Shown: in pieces, positions 1 through 10,261 of the stretch
How positions within the stretch are numbered: position 1 is the first letter of the stretch
Layout: each line of letters opens with the position of its first letter
From: Anaerolineales bacterium
GTDB taxonomy: Bacteria; Chloroflexota; Anaerolineae; Anaerolineales; UBA11579
Assembly: GCA_016932165.1 (NCBI GenBank)
Contig: JAFGDK010000103.1
Location: forward strand, 28,068 to 92,067
Reading direction: 5' to 3'
DNA length: 64,000 nt
Made by a program: the position numbers and the translations under genes
Notes under the pieces: model-generated
The model's database searches: none
What the model was told of the DNA's origin: nothing
The model's input: the letters and a program-made list of their open reading frames with translations, nothing else

Positions 1-1157
1 ACAATCCCATCATGGGTTATATCTCTGACCGCACTAAAACTCGTTGGGGACGGCGTATCCCATACATCAAATTCGGTGCGGTTCCTTTTGCCCTGGCCCT
101 GATCTTCATCTGGCTTGCCCCATTCGATGGGGTTGAGCAACCTACAGCCTTGGCGCTGTGGATGATCTTCGTACCGTTTATCTGGGAAGGGCTGGGAACC
201 ATGACCACCACCGCCTATTACGCCCTGCTCCCCGAAATGTTCAATACCTACGAGGATCGCACCAAGGTGGCGGTGAGTATGAATATCATCCAGGTGGTGG
301 GCTTGTTCATCGGCATGGCTGGCACCCCAATCCTCACCGATACAATCGGATGGGTACCCACAGCTGCGATTTTCGCCGTGATCACCATCATTACCTACTA
401 TATCGGACTCCCGGGAATGTTCGAACGGGAAAGCTCAGTGAAAGCTGAGAGCATCCCTTTCTTCGATGCCTTGAAGTACACCTTCATCAACCGGAGCTTT
501 GTCAGCCTGGTGATTTCACAAACATTCCGTTTTGTTGGCACCGGTACGCTCACCACCGGTGTATTATTTTATGTCAAATACAGCCTGGAGGCGGATGAAG
601 GATTCGGTTCAGTGATTCTCGGGGTAGCATTCATTGTTTCTGCATTGTCCCTGGAATTGTGGCGCCGGGTGATATCCAGCCGCTTTGAAGCCCGCACCAC
701 CCTGATGATTGCCAATGCAGTGATGGGCATTTCTATCATCCCGATGGGCTTTGTCCGCAGCACGGTGACAGCAGCCATCGCGGCGGCTGGATTGGGATTG
801 GGTTTAGCGGGACTGATCCTAATGGGAGACGTGATCGTTGCCGATGTGATAGACGAGGATGAGGTGGTCACCGGGCAGCGGAGGGAGGGCATGTACTTCG
901 GCATGAGCAAGTTCATCATGAAATTAAGCGGGTCGATTGTCGCCCTGTGGTTCGGATGGATTGCCCCCGCATATGGATACAACTCCGCGCTGGAAGTCCA
1001 ACCGGAAACCGTAGGCGCCGGCTTCCGCGTCTTCCTCACCGCGCCTGTGGTGGTCAGCTCCATCCTGGCAATTATTTCCCTCTTCTTCTACCCGCTGTAT
1101 GGTGAGAGACTCAAACAAGTCAAGGAAACCCTGGCAGCTCGCCGCTCAATTGAATGA
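1..1157 (+). CDS. GPH/MFS-family glycoside:cation symporter (MelB-like), N-terminally truncated by the window edge
   Basis: 12 TM-like hydrophobic segments. The motif DRTKTRWGRRIPYI matches the GPH-family loop 2-3 signature D-R-T-x-T-R-x-G-R-R-R-P. The frame is open back to position 3, so roughly 60 aa of N-terminus lie outside the window. Confidence 0.7.
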   Translation, partial: NPIMGYISDRTKTRWGRRIPYIKFGAVPFALALIFIWLAPFDGVEQPTALALWMIFVPFIWEGLGTMTTTAYYALLPEMFNTYEDRTKVAVSMNIIQVVGLFIGMAGTPILTDTIGWVPTAAIFAVITIITYYIGLPGMFERESSVKAESIPFFDALKYTFINRSFVSLVISQTFRFVGTGTLTTGVLFYVKYSLEADEGFGSVILGVAFIVSALSLELWRRVISSRFEARTTLMIANAVMGISIIPMGFVRSTVTAAIAAAGLGLGLAGLILMGDVIVADVIDEDEVVTGQRREGMYFGMSKFIMKLSGSIVALWFGWIAPAYGYNSALEVQPETVGAGFRVFLTAPVVVSSILAIISLFFYPLYGERLKQVKETLAARRSIE

Positions 1158-1391
1158 CCCCCCAGTGAACTTCTAAAATTTACAGACAGTTTTCAAACTG
1201 TTTGCTGCCAGCTGACTGCTGCCAAAAACACCCTTCTCCCCACAGACAGGCTTGGGGAGAAGGGCTAAGTAAGGAGGGTCAGATTACCTGGTGGAGGGAC
1301 CAGTTCATCTTCTATTCAATTAAGTTCCAGCAGCCAAGACCCAGCACAAACATGCCCAGTCGAGCTGTTGATCAGATTCTGGCTAAAACTC

Positions 1392-2537
1392 CTACTTATC
1401 TACGCGCTTGCGTAAAAAGGTGGGGATATCCAGGTCTTCACGATTGAATGCAGCTGGTTCCAGTTCCAGCGGTTGGCGCACCTGTGTCGGGCGCTGCCCT
1501 TCCATCTGTTTGGGAACTACCATCTGCTGCCCGGCAGGAGCAGCCGCTGTCCGCTGTTGTCTTGGGACAACTCGCCGCGGCATGGCTGCCCGATCAAATC
1601 CGGTGGCGATCACAGTCACGCGGATCTCATCACCCATATCCGGGTCGATGACTGCGCCAAAGATCAGGTTTACATCCGGATGGGCAGTTTCCTTGATGAT
1701 CGCAGCCGCTGTGTTGACCTCAAACAAGGCCAGGTCTGGGCCGCCGGTCACATTGAAGAGAATCCCGCGGGCGCCGTCAATGGTGATATCCAACAGGTTG
1801 CTAGTGATCGCCATTTCGGCTGCCACCCGAGCGCGATCCTCACCTGAACCATGGCCGACAGCCATCAACGCGGCACCGCCCTCAGACATGATCGTCTTCA
1901 CGTCGGCAAAGTCCAGGTTGATCAACCCGGGGATGGTGATCAGTTCGGAAATACCCTGAATGCCCTGGCGTAGCACATCATCCGCCATCAAAAAGGCTTC
2001 GTTCAGGCTGGAACGTTTATCCACGATCTGGAGCAAGCGGTCATTGGGGATCACGATCAGGGTATCTACATGCTCTTTCAGTTTGGCAATCCCAGTCTCA
2101 GCGGTCTGCATGCGGCGCCCCCCCTCAAAGGTGAACGGGCGGGTAACCACACCGATCGTCAGCGCCCCGACTTCCTTGGCAATCTGGGCAACCACGGGGG
2201 CAGCGCCGGTACCGGTGCCTCCGCCAATCCCGGCAGTCACAAAGACCATGTCCGTGCCCTTCATGACTTCATATAATTCCTGGGCAGATTCCTCAGCCGC
2301 CTTACGACCATTTTCAGGGTTGCCGCCTGCGCCTAAGCCGCGGGTCAGCTTATCGCCAATCCTCACCCGGATTTGGGCCTCAGACTGCATCAGCGCCTGA
2401 GCATCTGTATTTATAGCGACAAACTCAACGCCTTGAAGACCCTCACGGATCATTCTTCCAACCGCGTTGCAGCCGCCGCCCCCTACGCCCACAACTTTAA
2501 TGCGGGCAAATGATTCTGCATTGTTCATTGTTTTCAT
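1392..2537 (-). CDS. ftsZ: cell division GTPase FtsZ
   Basis: N-terminus [12 protein letters not shown] and the tubulin signature [10 protein letters not shown]. The acidic/basic C-terminal tail ends DIPTFLRKR. Confidence 0.95.
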   Translation of the reverse strand: MKTMNNAESFARIKVVGVGGGGCNAVGRMIREGLQGVEFVAINTDAQALMQSEAQIRVRIGDKLTRGLGAGGNPENGRKAAEESAQELYEVMKGTDMVFVTAGIGGGTGTGAAPVVAQIAKEVGALTIGVVTRPFTFEGGRRMQTAETGIAKLKEHVDTLIVIPNDRLLQIVDKRSSLNEAFLMADDVLRQGIQGISELITIPGLINLDFADVKTIMSEGGAALMAVGHGSGEDRARVAAEMAITSNLLDITIDGARGILFNVTGGPDLALFEVNTAAAIIKETAHPDVNLIFGAVIDPDMGDEIRVTVIATGFDRAAMPRRVVPRQQRTAAAPAGQQMVVPKQMEGQRPTQVRQPLELEPAAFNREDLDIPTFLRKRVDK

Positions 2538-2622
2538 CGCGTACCTCCAAAAATACTGACTTCCTTACATATACACAATTTTTTATGTCTAATCGGCTAT
2601 TACCGCAAATTATTTTTCTATT

Positions 2623-3858
2623 CTACGGTAAAATCCGTTTTAGCACCTCTTTTAATTTAGCCCAATTTAATGGCCCCTTCATATCCGGCACATACTTCGG
2701 CATAACCACCGCTGAAGGATCGACGGCCTTCATTTGAACTGCATACTGCACCAGACCAACACTGGTAGAAAAAGACGGGGAATGCAGCCGGTCCACCATC
2801 CCGATCAAATTCTCCGGCCGGGCTACCCGGCATGGGAGACCCATCACCTGGCTGGCCAGTTCACGAATACCGGTCAACTGGCTGGATCCGCCGGTCAGCA
2901 CCAGACCGGCTGGCAGCAAACCATCATAGCCCGAACGTTTGATCTCCTGCATCATCAGGGCAAAAATCTCCTCCACGCGTGCCTCAATTATATGGCTGAG
3001 GTCATACCGGCTGACCTCCACAGGTTCCTCCCCGCCAAACGTACGAACCGGGAAGACTTCATCTGGTCTCACTGCGTTGGTCATCGCATGGCCATGGTTA
3101 ATCTTGACTTCCTCTGCCCGTGAAAACGGCAGCCGCAGCCCATGGGCAATATCAGAAGTAATGTGATTGCCTCCCACACCCAATACCATCGTGTGCCAGA
3201 CATCCCCTTCAATATAGATTGCCATGTCTGTGGTGCCACCGCCGATATCACACACCACCACGCCCATCTCTCGTTCAGTATCAGTGAGCACCACCTCCCC
3301 AGAGGCCAGCGGGTTGAGCACAAATCCAGAAACCTGCACGCCGGAGTTCCCCACCACCTGGCGGAGATTATCAACTGTGGAAGCCGCAGCGGTGATAATA
3401 TGTGCTTCTACTTCCATCCGGTAGCCATGCATCCCGATTGGCATCCGAATCCCATCCTGCCCATCTACAGTGAAGCCGCGCTGGATAACCTCAATCACTT
3501 CCCGGTTGTGCGGTATCGCTACCGCTCGGGCAGCGTCCATCGCTCTGAGCACATCCTCCTCATCAATCACCTGGTGATGAACGCCAACCACACCCCGGCT
3601 ATTGATGGAAGAAACATGCGAACCAGCCAGGCTGACCTTGGCGGAGTTAATCTCATAACCTGCGGTGCGTTCCGCCTTCTCGATCGAGAAACCAACTGCT
3701 TTGGTAGCAGCAGCAATATCTACTACCGTTCCCTTGCGAATACCCTGTGAGGGTTCAATCCCTACACCCAGGATTCGCATGCGGCCATCGCCTTCTTCTC
3801 GGGCGACAATCGTGCAAACTTTTGTGGTACCGATATCAATTCCTACATGGATGCTCAT
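2623..3858 (-). CDS. ftsA: cell division protein FtsA (actin-like ATPase)
   Basis: MSIHVGIDIGTTKVCTIV N-terminus. DIGGGTTD phosphate-2 motif. It sits immediately upstream of ftsZ. Confidence 0.9.
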   Translation of the reverse strand: MSIHVGIDIGTTKVCTIVAREEGDGRMRILGVGIEPSQGIRKGTVVDIAAATKAVGFSIEKAERTAGYEINSAKVSLAGSHVSSINSRGVVGVHHQVIDEEDVLRAMDAARAVAIPHNREVIEVIQRGFTVDGQDGIRMPIGMHGYRMEVEAHIITAAASTVDNLRQVVGNSGVQVSGFVLNPLASGEVVLTDTEREMGVVVCDIGGGTTDMAIYIEGDVWHTMVLGVGGNHITSDIAHGLRLPFSRAEEVKINHGHAMTNAVRPDEVFPVRTFGGEEPVEVSRYDLSHIIEARVEEIFALMMQEIKRSGYDGLLPAGLVLTGGSSQLTGIRELASQVMGLPCRVARPENLIGMVDRLHSPSFSTSVGLVQYAVQMKAVDPSAVVMPKYVPDMKGPLNWAKLKEVLKRILP

Positions 3859-3865
3859 AACTCAC

Positions 3866-4909
3866 CTAAGGTTCCATCCGGTAATAAGGTGCGTGAATGT
3901 ACTCAACGCTGATCAAGACTGGTTTGTGCTGCTTCTCTGTAAACATAGCAGCAATTTCTTCATAAATTTTCACTCGAAGCGTTGACTGATCCAACTGCTT
4001 GCCGAAAAACACCATCCAGTGATAGTTGGGGTCTTCCCAACCGAAGCCGTGATCCTGATCGTAAACAAGTTGACTTTCAGGGGGCAAGGAACGTGCCAAT
4101 GTGAGGATATTGGAGACCAATTCAGGGTCTAGAAGCTGTTCCCTGCCTTTGTCTTTATCCAAATCCTCCGGATTGATCTCCTCCGGCTCTTCGTCCGCAC
4201 TGCTGGCAATCAACAACTGGCGTGGAATTGGCGGATAACCATTTGCCTTCACATGCACCAGATTCTCAGAAGTGCCATAGGCCGGGAACAGTCGCCCTTC
4301 GAGATCCACCCAGGAAGGCTGGGGAAGCCCATCCTGATCCCAGATCAGGACCGGCACGCGTTCCATTGCCTTAATCACCACAGCGCCATTCATCTTGACC
4401 GAAACTTTTGCAGAGTCCAGGGCGGGAACGGCTTTGGGCAGCGATTCGACCAGCGATTCAGGAGAAATCAAGAATACTGGTTTATTAAGAATTCCAGATT
4501 TTGCCAGGATCAATTCCCGATCCACTCGTTCTAACCCATCTACCTGGATTCGATCCCCGGTTGCAGAATAAGCCGGGGAGTTTATCATCCAAAATAAGGC
4601 AAAGCTTAATAATAAAACCACTACCAGTGAGAATCCTCGCCCTCCCATTCTGGGTAGCGTCACTACTGGCAGCCGGATTTCAGCATTTCCAGCCCGGATA
4701 GGCAGATCAACCCGGCGGCGGCCGGTTGCCTGGGCTTTTCTACGCCTGTTTTCCTGCTCGTGTGCGACGGATACCATCCCCGTGCGCGAGACCATCGGGG
4801 GTATCGGACGTCCGGTATTCTTACGCGAGGCGCGAGACACCGACGCAGTGTTCTTACGCAGCCCGCGTCTGGCTCTCACAACTTCCGAACGTCTTTGCTC
4901 AGCGGTCAT
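3866..4909 (-). CDS. ftsQ: cell division protein FtsQ/DivIB with a long Arg-rich cytoplasmic N-tail
   Basis: Single TM (LVVVLLLSFALFWMI) followed by a POTRA-like region (DRIQVDGLERVDRELI). Position between ddl and ftsA. The first ~100 aa are highly basic and R-rich. Confidence 0.75.
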   Translation of the reverse strand: MTAEQRRSEVVRARRGLRKNTASVSRASRKNTGRPIPPMVSRTGMVSVAHEQENRRRKAQATGRRRVDLPIRAGNAEIRLPVVTLPRMGGRGFSLVVVLLLSFALFWMINSPAYSATGDRIQVDGLERVDRELILAKSGILNKPVFLISPESLVESLPKAVPALDSAKVSVKMNGAVVIKAMERVPVLIWDQDGLPQPSWVDLEGRLFPAYGTSENLVHVKANGYPPIPRQLLIASSADEEPEEINPEDLDKDKGREQLLDPELVSNILTLARSLPPESQLVYDQDHGFGWEDPNYHWMVFFGKQLDQSTLRVKIYEEIAAMFTEKQHKPVLISVEYIHAPYYRMEP

Positions 4910-4913
4910 TTCG

Positions 4914-6068
4914 TTACTCGTTCCTCATAAAATTTCGCTTGGTGGCATCCCGCTGCGCCTTCCTCGCCTGGGCAAATGCCACCAACCTATCTACCAATTC
5001 CTGATTTTCAACCCCGCTGGCCTTCCACAACATTGGGAACATGCTGATCGAGGTAAAACCAGGGATGGTATTCAATTCATTCAGATAGACCTCCCCGCTA
5101 TTCTTATCCAGGAAGAAATCCACCCGTGCAAGGCCGGCCAAATCGCAGGCTTTATAAGCCTTAACGGCCAGATTCCTGATCCGGTCAGCTACTGCTTCGG
5201 GGATCTCCGCGGGAATCAGCGTCTTTGAGCTGTGATCGTGATACTTGGCATCGTAGCTGTAAAACTCCTCCCCCGGAAGCACCTCACCGCAAACCGAGGC
5301 GACAGGTTGGTCGTTGCCCATCACGCTGACTTCGATCTCGCGCACCACGTGTCCCTTCTGTACAATCATCCGCCGGTCATAGGCGGATGCTTCCATCAGC
5401 CCCTCCAACAGATCAGACCGATTCTTCACCTTGCTGATGCCTACCGATGAACCCAGGTTGGCCGGTTTGACGAAGTAGGGATACTCGCCCAAGCCCTCCA
5501 CCCGGTTGATCACAGATTGCATGTCCGCTTCGATTTCAGAGCGCAGCACCAGCACGGTATCTACCACAGGAATCTGGTTGGCGCGCATCAGGTCAAAGAA
5601 AATCATCTTGTCCATCCCGGCAGCCGACCCAGTTACCCCGGAACCGACGTAAGCCAGGTCTGCCATCTCTAACAGCCCCTGAAGGGTGCCATCCTCGCCA
5701 AAGGTACCGTGCAGCACCGGGAAAACCACATCGATGTCTGTCACCTGTGACAATTGTCCAGTTTCCGAGATCACATTCAGCCCAGCATCTCCCGGCAGGG
5801 GCAGGATTACTGCCTTATCCAAACCAGAAAGGTCACCGGATTTCAATCGACCAAGCGCATCCTCACCCGTAAACCACTCGCCCTCACGGGTAATACCCAC
5901 CTGGGTAATCTCATATTTTTGCGGATCAAGTTGAGATAGCACAAACCCAGCCGATTCCAGAGAAACCGCATGCTCTCCAGATCGCCCGCCAAAGATCACT
6001 ACAATCTTGGTCTTGCTGCTGTTTTTCATGCTCCTCATCTCACTCATCCCACTCACCAACCAGCTCAA
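4914..6068 (-). CDS. ddl: D-alanine--D-alanine ligase
   Basis: KIVVIFGGRSGEHAVSLESA N-terminus and an ATP-grasp C-terminus (EVYLNELNTIPGFT). The true start is probably an internal Met at 6029-6047, just after the murB stop. Confidence 0.9.
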   Translation of the reverse strand: MSWLVSGMSEMRSMKNSSKTKIVVIFGGRSGEHAVSLESAGFVLSQLDPQKYEITQVGITREGEWFTGEDALGRLKSGDLSGLDKAVILPLPGDAGLNVISETGQLSQVTDIDVVFPVLHGTFGEDGTLQGLLEMADLAYVGSGVTGSAAGMDKMIFFDLMRANQIPVVDTVLVLRSEIEADMQSVINRVEGLGEYPYFVKPANLGSSVGISKVKNRSDLLEGLMEASAYDRRMIVQKGHVVREIEVSVMGNDQPVASVCGEVLPGEEFYSYDAKYHDHSSKTLIPAEIPEAVADRIRNLAVKAYKACDLAGLARVDFFLDKNSGEVYLNELNTIPGFTSISMFPMLWKASGVENQELVDRLVAFAQARKAQRDATKRNFMRNE

Positions 6069-6972
6069 TTTCCAGCTCCAGCCGTACGCCGAATTTCTCT
6101 TCCACCTTCTGACGGGCTGTTGAGATCAACCCAAATACATCTGCCCCGCTGGCAGCACCGTGATTGATGAAGAAATTGGCGTGCATCTCGCTGATCTGAG
6201 CGTCCCCAATGCGGGTGCCCTTCAACCCAGCTGCCTCGATCAATCGCCCGGCATAATCGCCCGGAGGATTTTTGAACATCGAACCCATGCTGGCCCCCAG
6301 TGGTTGTGTCCGCTTACGGAATTCAACCAATTCATCCATCCTCGCTCTGATCACTTCTGGCTCACCAGGTGACAAACTAAAGGTGGCAGAAAGTACTACT
6401 GCAAATTCAGATTTTGTTTTTAAGATGCTGGTACGGTAACCGTAAGCCAGGTCTTGCACCGTCAACGATTGCCGTCCTTTAGTATGGTGCAAGACTTCTG
6501 CCAAAATCAGGTTTCCGGCCGTATCGCCGCCATGCGCCCCGGCATTCCCAACTACCGCCCCGCCCACTGTCCCAGGGATGCCGGCGGCCCATTCCATCCC
6601 GGTAAAGCCTTTCCGGCCAGCCTGCCGGGCAACTGCGCCAAAATTGCTGCCCGAATCGGCAGTCACAGACGGGGTTAGCAAATCAAATTCCACCCGGCGC
6701 GCCCGGTTTAGGATCACCACCCCGCGTACGCCCTGATCACTGACCAGCATATTCGAGCCGCCGCCGATTAACAAATAGGGCAGCTCCTCTTCCCAAACCA
6801 GTAAGACCATCTCTGCCAGCTTCTCCGCAGATGGGGCTGTCAGCACCACATCTGCCGGACCGCCGATCCGGGCGGAGGTGTATTTTGCCAACGGTTGGTC
6901 AAATGCAGCCTGCTTGCCAAATGTTCTAGCAAGCCGTTTTCTGGTTTCCAGAGAGATGGGGGGGTGTATCAT
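6040..6972 (-). CDS. murB: UDP-N-acetylenolpyruvoylglucosamine reductase MurB
   Basis: FAD-binding region YTSARIGGPADVV...LLIGGGSNMLVSD and the C-terminal MurB domain. dcw context. Confidence 0.9.
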   Translation of the reverse strand: MIHPPISLETRKRLARTFGKQAAFDQPLAKYTSARIGGPADVVLTAPSAEKLAEMVLLVWEEELPYLLIGGGSNMLVSDQGVRGVVILNRARRVEFDLLTPSVTADSGSNFGAVARQAGRKGFTGMEWAAGIPGTVGGAVVGNAGAHGGDTAGNLILAEVLHHTKGRQSLTVQDLAYGYRTSILKTKSEFAVVLSATFSLSPGEPEVIRARMDELVEFRKRTQPLGASMGSMFKNPPGDYAGRLIEAAGLKGTRIGDAQISEMHANFFINHGAASGADVFGLISTARQKVEEKFGVRLELEIELVGEWDE

Positions 6973-8351
6973 CCCTGCATCTCCTGGTGCTTAAGCCGAT
7001 TAAACACTTCCTCACTGACCCGGGTAGCATCTCCAGCAGAAAAAATGATCACCAGATCACCTGGTTGAAGTTCCCGCAGTAGAAAATCTGTTACCAGTTG
7101 CAGGTCTTCAATCACACGGGCGCGGGTATCCCTGATTGCCCCAGCTACCTCTGCCAGATCAAATCCGGCCAGCTTCTTCTCCCGGGCAGCGTACACCCCG
7201 GTGACCACAATCTGGTCCGCCTGGGTGAAAGCTGCCCCAAAATCTTCAAGCCAGCTGATGGTACGGGAATAAGTATGCGGCTGCCACACCGCCCAGATAC
7301 GGGCTGCCGGATAGCTGGATCGGGCGGCTTCTAGGGTCGCCCGAATCTCGGTAGGATGATGACCGTAATCGTCGACTACAATCACACCACCGGCTTCTCC
7401 CAATCGCTCAAAACGCCGGCTTGCACCTCTAAATGTGGATAGGGCTCTACCCGCCTTAGCCAGGTCAAGGTTAAGCAGGTCTGCCGTGACCAAGGCGGCC
7501 AATGCATTAAGCACATTGTGCCTTCCGGGCACATCCAGATATACATTGCTGATCACCTGACTACCCCGGCGAGCCTCAAAACTGTATCCTGAACCGGGCT
7601 GCACCCTCAAATTAGCGGCTGTATAATCCGCATCTGGGCCTGCCAGACTGTAAGCCAGCCAGTGCTGTCCTTTGCTGCCGGCGTAAGCCAGCAGATGGGT
7701 TGCGCCGGGATCATCCACGCAGACCACCAGCGAGCCGTCCGGCCTGATCCGGTCTACAAAACCTTCAAAGGCGGCCATAAAATCTCTTTCAGTCGGGAAA
7801 CAGTCCGGGTGATCGTGTTCAATATTGGTCACCACTGCAATCGTGGGGGTCAGACCCCAAAACATATGGTCGTACTCATCAGCCTCGATCACAAATAATT
7901 CGCCGCCACCGGCTGCCGCATTCGTGCCCAGATTGCTGATTTCCCCACCGACAATGAAACCGGGATTAAGCCCTAACTCGTGGAGCATCCATACGATCAT
8001 CGAGGTGGTCGTCGTTTTGCCATGTGTTCCTGCCACCCCGATCACAAATTGGCCTGCCAGGAACTCTTTCAGATATTCCTCGCGCCGCACCACCGGCACT
8101 CCAGCCTGCAAGGCTGCCACTACCTCCACATTGGTATCCCGCACTGCTGACGAGCGCACGACAACATCTGCACCAGCCACATTTTCGGGATGATGGCCGG
8201 TGAATACCCGTGCCCCGGCAGCTTCGACCGCTTCTGCCAGCGGCGAGCGAACCAGATCTGAGCCGCTCACTTTCTCGCCGCGTTCAAGCAAAACCTTGGC
8301 AATTGCCGAGAGTCCTGTGCCGCCAATCCCGATAAAATGCGTGTGTACCAA
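6969..8351 (-). CDS. murC: UDP-N-acetylmuramate--L-alanine ligase MurC
   Basis: HFIGIGGTGLSAIAKVL N-terminus and the GTHGKTTTTSM P-loop. The Mur ligase middle and C domains are present. Confidence 0.9.
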   Translation of the reverse strand: MVHTHFIGIGGTGLSAIAKVLLERGEKVSGSDLVRSPLAEAVEAAGARVFTGHHPENVAGADVVVRSSAVRDTNVEVVAALQAGVPVVRREEYLKEFLAGQFVIGVAGTHGKTTTTSMIVWMLHELGLNPGFIVGGEISNLGTNAAAGGGELFVIEADEYDHMFWGLTPTIAVVTNIEHDHPDCFPTERDFMAAFEGFVDRIRPDGSLVVCVDDPGATHLLAYAGSKGQHWLAYSLAGPDADYTAANLRVQPGSGYSFEARRGSQVISNVYLDVPGRHNVLNALAALVTADLLNLDLAKAGRALSTFRGASRRFERLGEAGGVIVVDDYGHHPTEIRATLEAARSSYPAARIWAVWQPHTYSRTISWLEDFGAAFTQADQIVVTGVYAAREKKLAGFDLAEVAGAIRDTRARVIEDLQLVTDFLLRELQPGDLVIIFSAGDATRVSEEVFNRLKHQEMQG

Positions 8352-8371
8352 ACCAACTAACCTTTCAGAGC

Positions 8372-9064
8372 CTAAACGTAGACGATGACCACGAACAAGA
8401 AAGCGAAAACAATAGTGATAAAAATCACTGGGGCATCCAATAGGTATACAGGCGGCATTTTGGCCAACAGGTTTTCAGCTATAATCGCCAGATCGCTGCC
8501 CACTGTTGGCGGAACGATCACCTTGCTGAAATTTTCGTATCCAGCCTTTTCTAAAAACCACCAGATTGAACCGAAGATCAGGTACCCATTTGCAGAGCCG
8601 ACTACGCCGCCCAATAGGGCATCTCTCACTTTTTCTCGTCTTGCCCCTGCCTGGAATAATTTGATTGCCGGGGTCTGATAACCAAAGAATGCCAGCAATA
8701 GGATAATTGTAGTACTCGCCCAAAAACGGTTGGTCAACGGCTGATAACTTAGTTGGGAATTGACTGCCAGCTGGCAGTTTTCCACATCCACCACCAAGCC
8801 ATTTGCCTCAAGCATTTTGGGAACAGTGGTTCCCAGCTCTCTGGCCACATCCTCACAGGTATCTTCCGGTTTCACCACGTAGACCCTTGCTGGAGGGTTG
8901 ACAACCGCATCATAGACACCCACATAGGTCTCAAACACGAAGATGATGAAGATCGCCAGCAATGCACTGATCAACACTAGAATTTCTTTAGCCCAGCCGC
9001 GCACTGCCCCAATCGCGGCTGCCAGCCCAACGAATACATAGAAAACAAATACCATCGAGATCAT
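8372..9064 (-). CDS. CvpA-family membrane protein with an internal LysM-like segment
   Basis: N-terminus MISMVFVFYVFVGLAAAIGAVRGWAKEILVLISALL matches the CvpA N-terminal pattern. The central segment VYVVKPEDTCEDVARELGTTVPKMLEANGL resembles LysM. There are 4-5 TM segments. It is inserted between murC and murG. Confidence 0.6.
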   Translation of the reverse strand: MISMVFVFYVFVGLAAAIGAVRGWAKEILVLISALLAIFIIFVFETYVGVYDAVVNPPARVYVVKPEDTCEDVARELGTTVPKMLEANGLVVDVENCQLAVNSQLSYQPLTNRFWASTTIILLLAFFGYQTPAIKLFQAGARREKVRDALLGGVVGSANGYLIFGSIWWFLEKAGYENFSKVIVPPTVGSDLAIIAENLLAKMPPVYLLDAPVIFITIVFAFLFVVIVYV

Positions 9065-9151
9065 AGTAGACCACCTTGCACTTCAGGTTTGTCCGACCGA
9101 CTGACAATTTGACCAAATCTGGCTGTGACCCAGTTAAAATCGCAGCCCATA

Positions 9152-10261
9152 TCAGCCTCTTCCTATCTCATTCTTAGCAGATGTTGCCAATTCCTGCAGG
9201 AATTGAGCAATCTTATTTGCAGCATCAGGGACTACCAAAGAGTGCATCACGGCCTGCATCTGCTGCCTTTTTTCCGGTTTTTCGATCATTAGCTCCTGCA
9301 CAAGAGGAACCAATTTTGCCGATAAATCCTCATCCCGCAGCATTACAGCTGCCCCGCGTTTGGCCAGATACTCCGCATTTACCTTCTGGTACCGCCAGGC
9401 ATGCGGGTAAGGCACCAAAATGGCTGGCACGCCAAATGTGGGCAGTTCTCCCAGTGTAGATGCCCCGGCGCGAGAGATCACCAGGTCTGCTGCAGAAAAG
9501 GCTGCCCTCATCTGCTCATGCAGGTAAGGGAACGGGCGGTAATTCTTCGCCAGGGCTTCTGGCAGACTGGCATGTGCGGCCTCCACCTCCGGCCAGGTAT
9601 GTGTTCCGGTCAGGTGAATGATCTGAATTTCTGTCAGCAGCGCCTCGAGGCTGGCCGCGACCGCCTGGTTGATCGAGCGCGCCCCTAAACTACCGCCGGT
9701 TACCATTAGTGTCGGCTTTTCAGGGGAAAGATCAAAGACCGCCAGGGCTGTTTCTCGCGGCATTGGCTGCATGCTCGGGCGGGTGGGATACCCCACCACC
9801 TCGATGCGTTTTTCCGGCGGGAAATAAGCCCGGGATTCCTCCGCAGGAACCGCAATCAGGTCAGCCCGGCGAGAGAGGGTTCGCAGGGCCAGGGCTGGCT
9901 CAATATCCGGCAGGCACAGCACCATCGGCACCTTTCGTCCCGCAAATCCGGTGGGAATAGCCACATATCCGCCGGTAAAGAAAAGCACATCCGGTTTAAA
10001 CTCATCGATAATCTTCCGGGCGGCAAAATATCCGCGGGTAAGCTGCCATAAGCCAGAGATCGCCTTCAAGCCGACCCCATGCAGTCCGGCAGCGGGGATG
10101 GCTTTAAAGGGGATATCGGCCCGGGCTACCAGGTCGGTTTCCATGCCTTTTTCTCCCCCCACCCACAATATTTCTTCCGGGCTATCCCCGAGGGCTTGCA
10201 GAACGGCCAGCGCGGGATAGATCCCGCCCCCGCTCGCCCCTGCGGACACCAACAGGCGCAT
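9152..10261 (-). CDS. murG: UDP-GlcNAc:lipid I GlcNAc transferase MurG
   Basis: LLVSAGASGGGIYPALAVLQAL N-terminal G-loop and a GT28 C-terminal domain. The ORF is open to 10312. The Met at 10261 is preceded by AGGAAGGA and is the likeliest start; it overlaps the ftsW 3' end by ~80 nt. Confidence 0.85.
   Translation of the reverse strand: MRLLVSAGASGGGIYPALAVLQALGDSPEEILWVGGEKGMETDLVARADIPFKAIPAAGLHGVGLKAISGLWQLTRGYFAARKIIDEFKPDVLFFTGGYVAIPTGFAGRKVPMVLCLPDIEPALALRTLSRRADLIAVPAEESRAYFPPEKRIEVVGYPTRPSMQPMPRETALAVFDLSPEKPTLMVTGGSLGARSINQAVAASLEALLTEIQIIHLTGTHTWPEVEAAHASLPEALAKNYRPFPYLHEQMRAAFSAADLVISRAGASTLGELPTFGVPAILVPYPHAWRYQKVNAEYLAKRGAAVMLRDEDLSAKLVPLVQELMIEKPEKRQQMQAVMHSLVVPDAANKIAQFLQELATSAKNEIGRG

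Noticed and set aside
1408-2400. Several plus-strand ORFs (183, 146, 124 aa) inside ftsZ
   Set aside because: Antisense or shadow ORFs within a strongly supported gene. Ala/Arg/Pro-rich composition.
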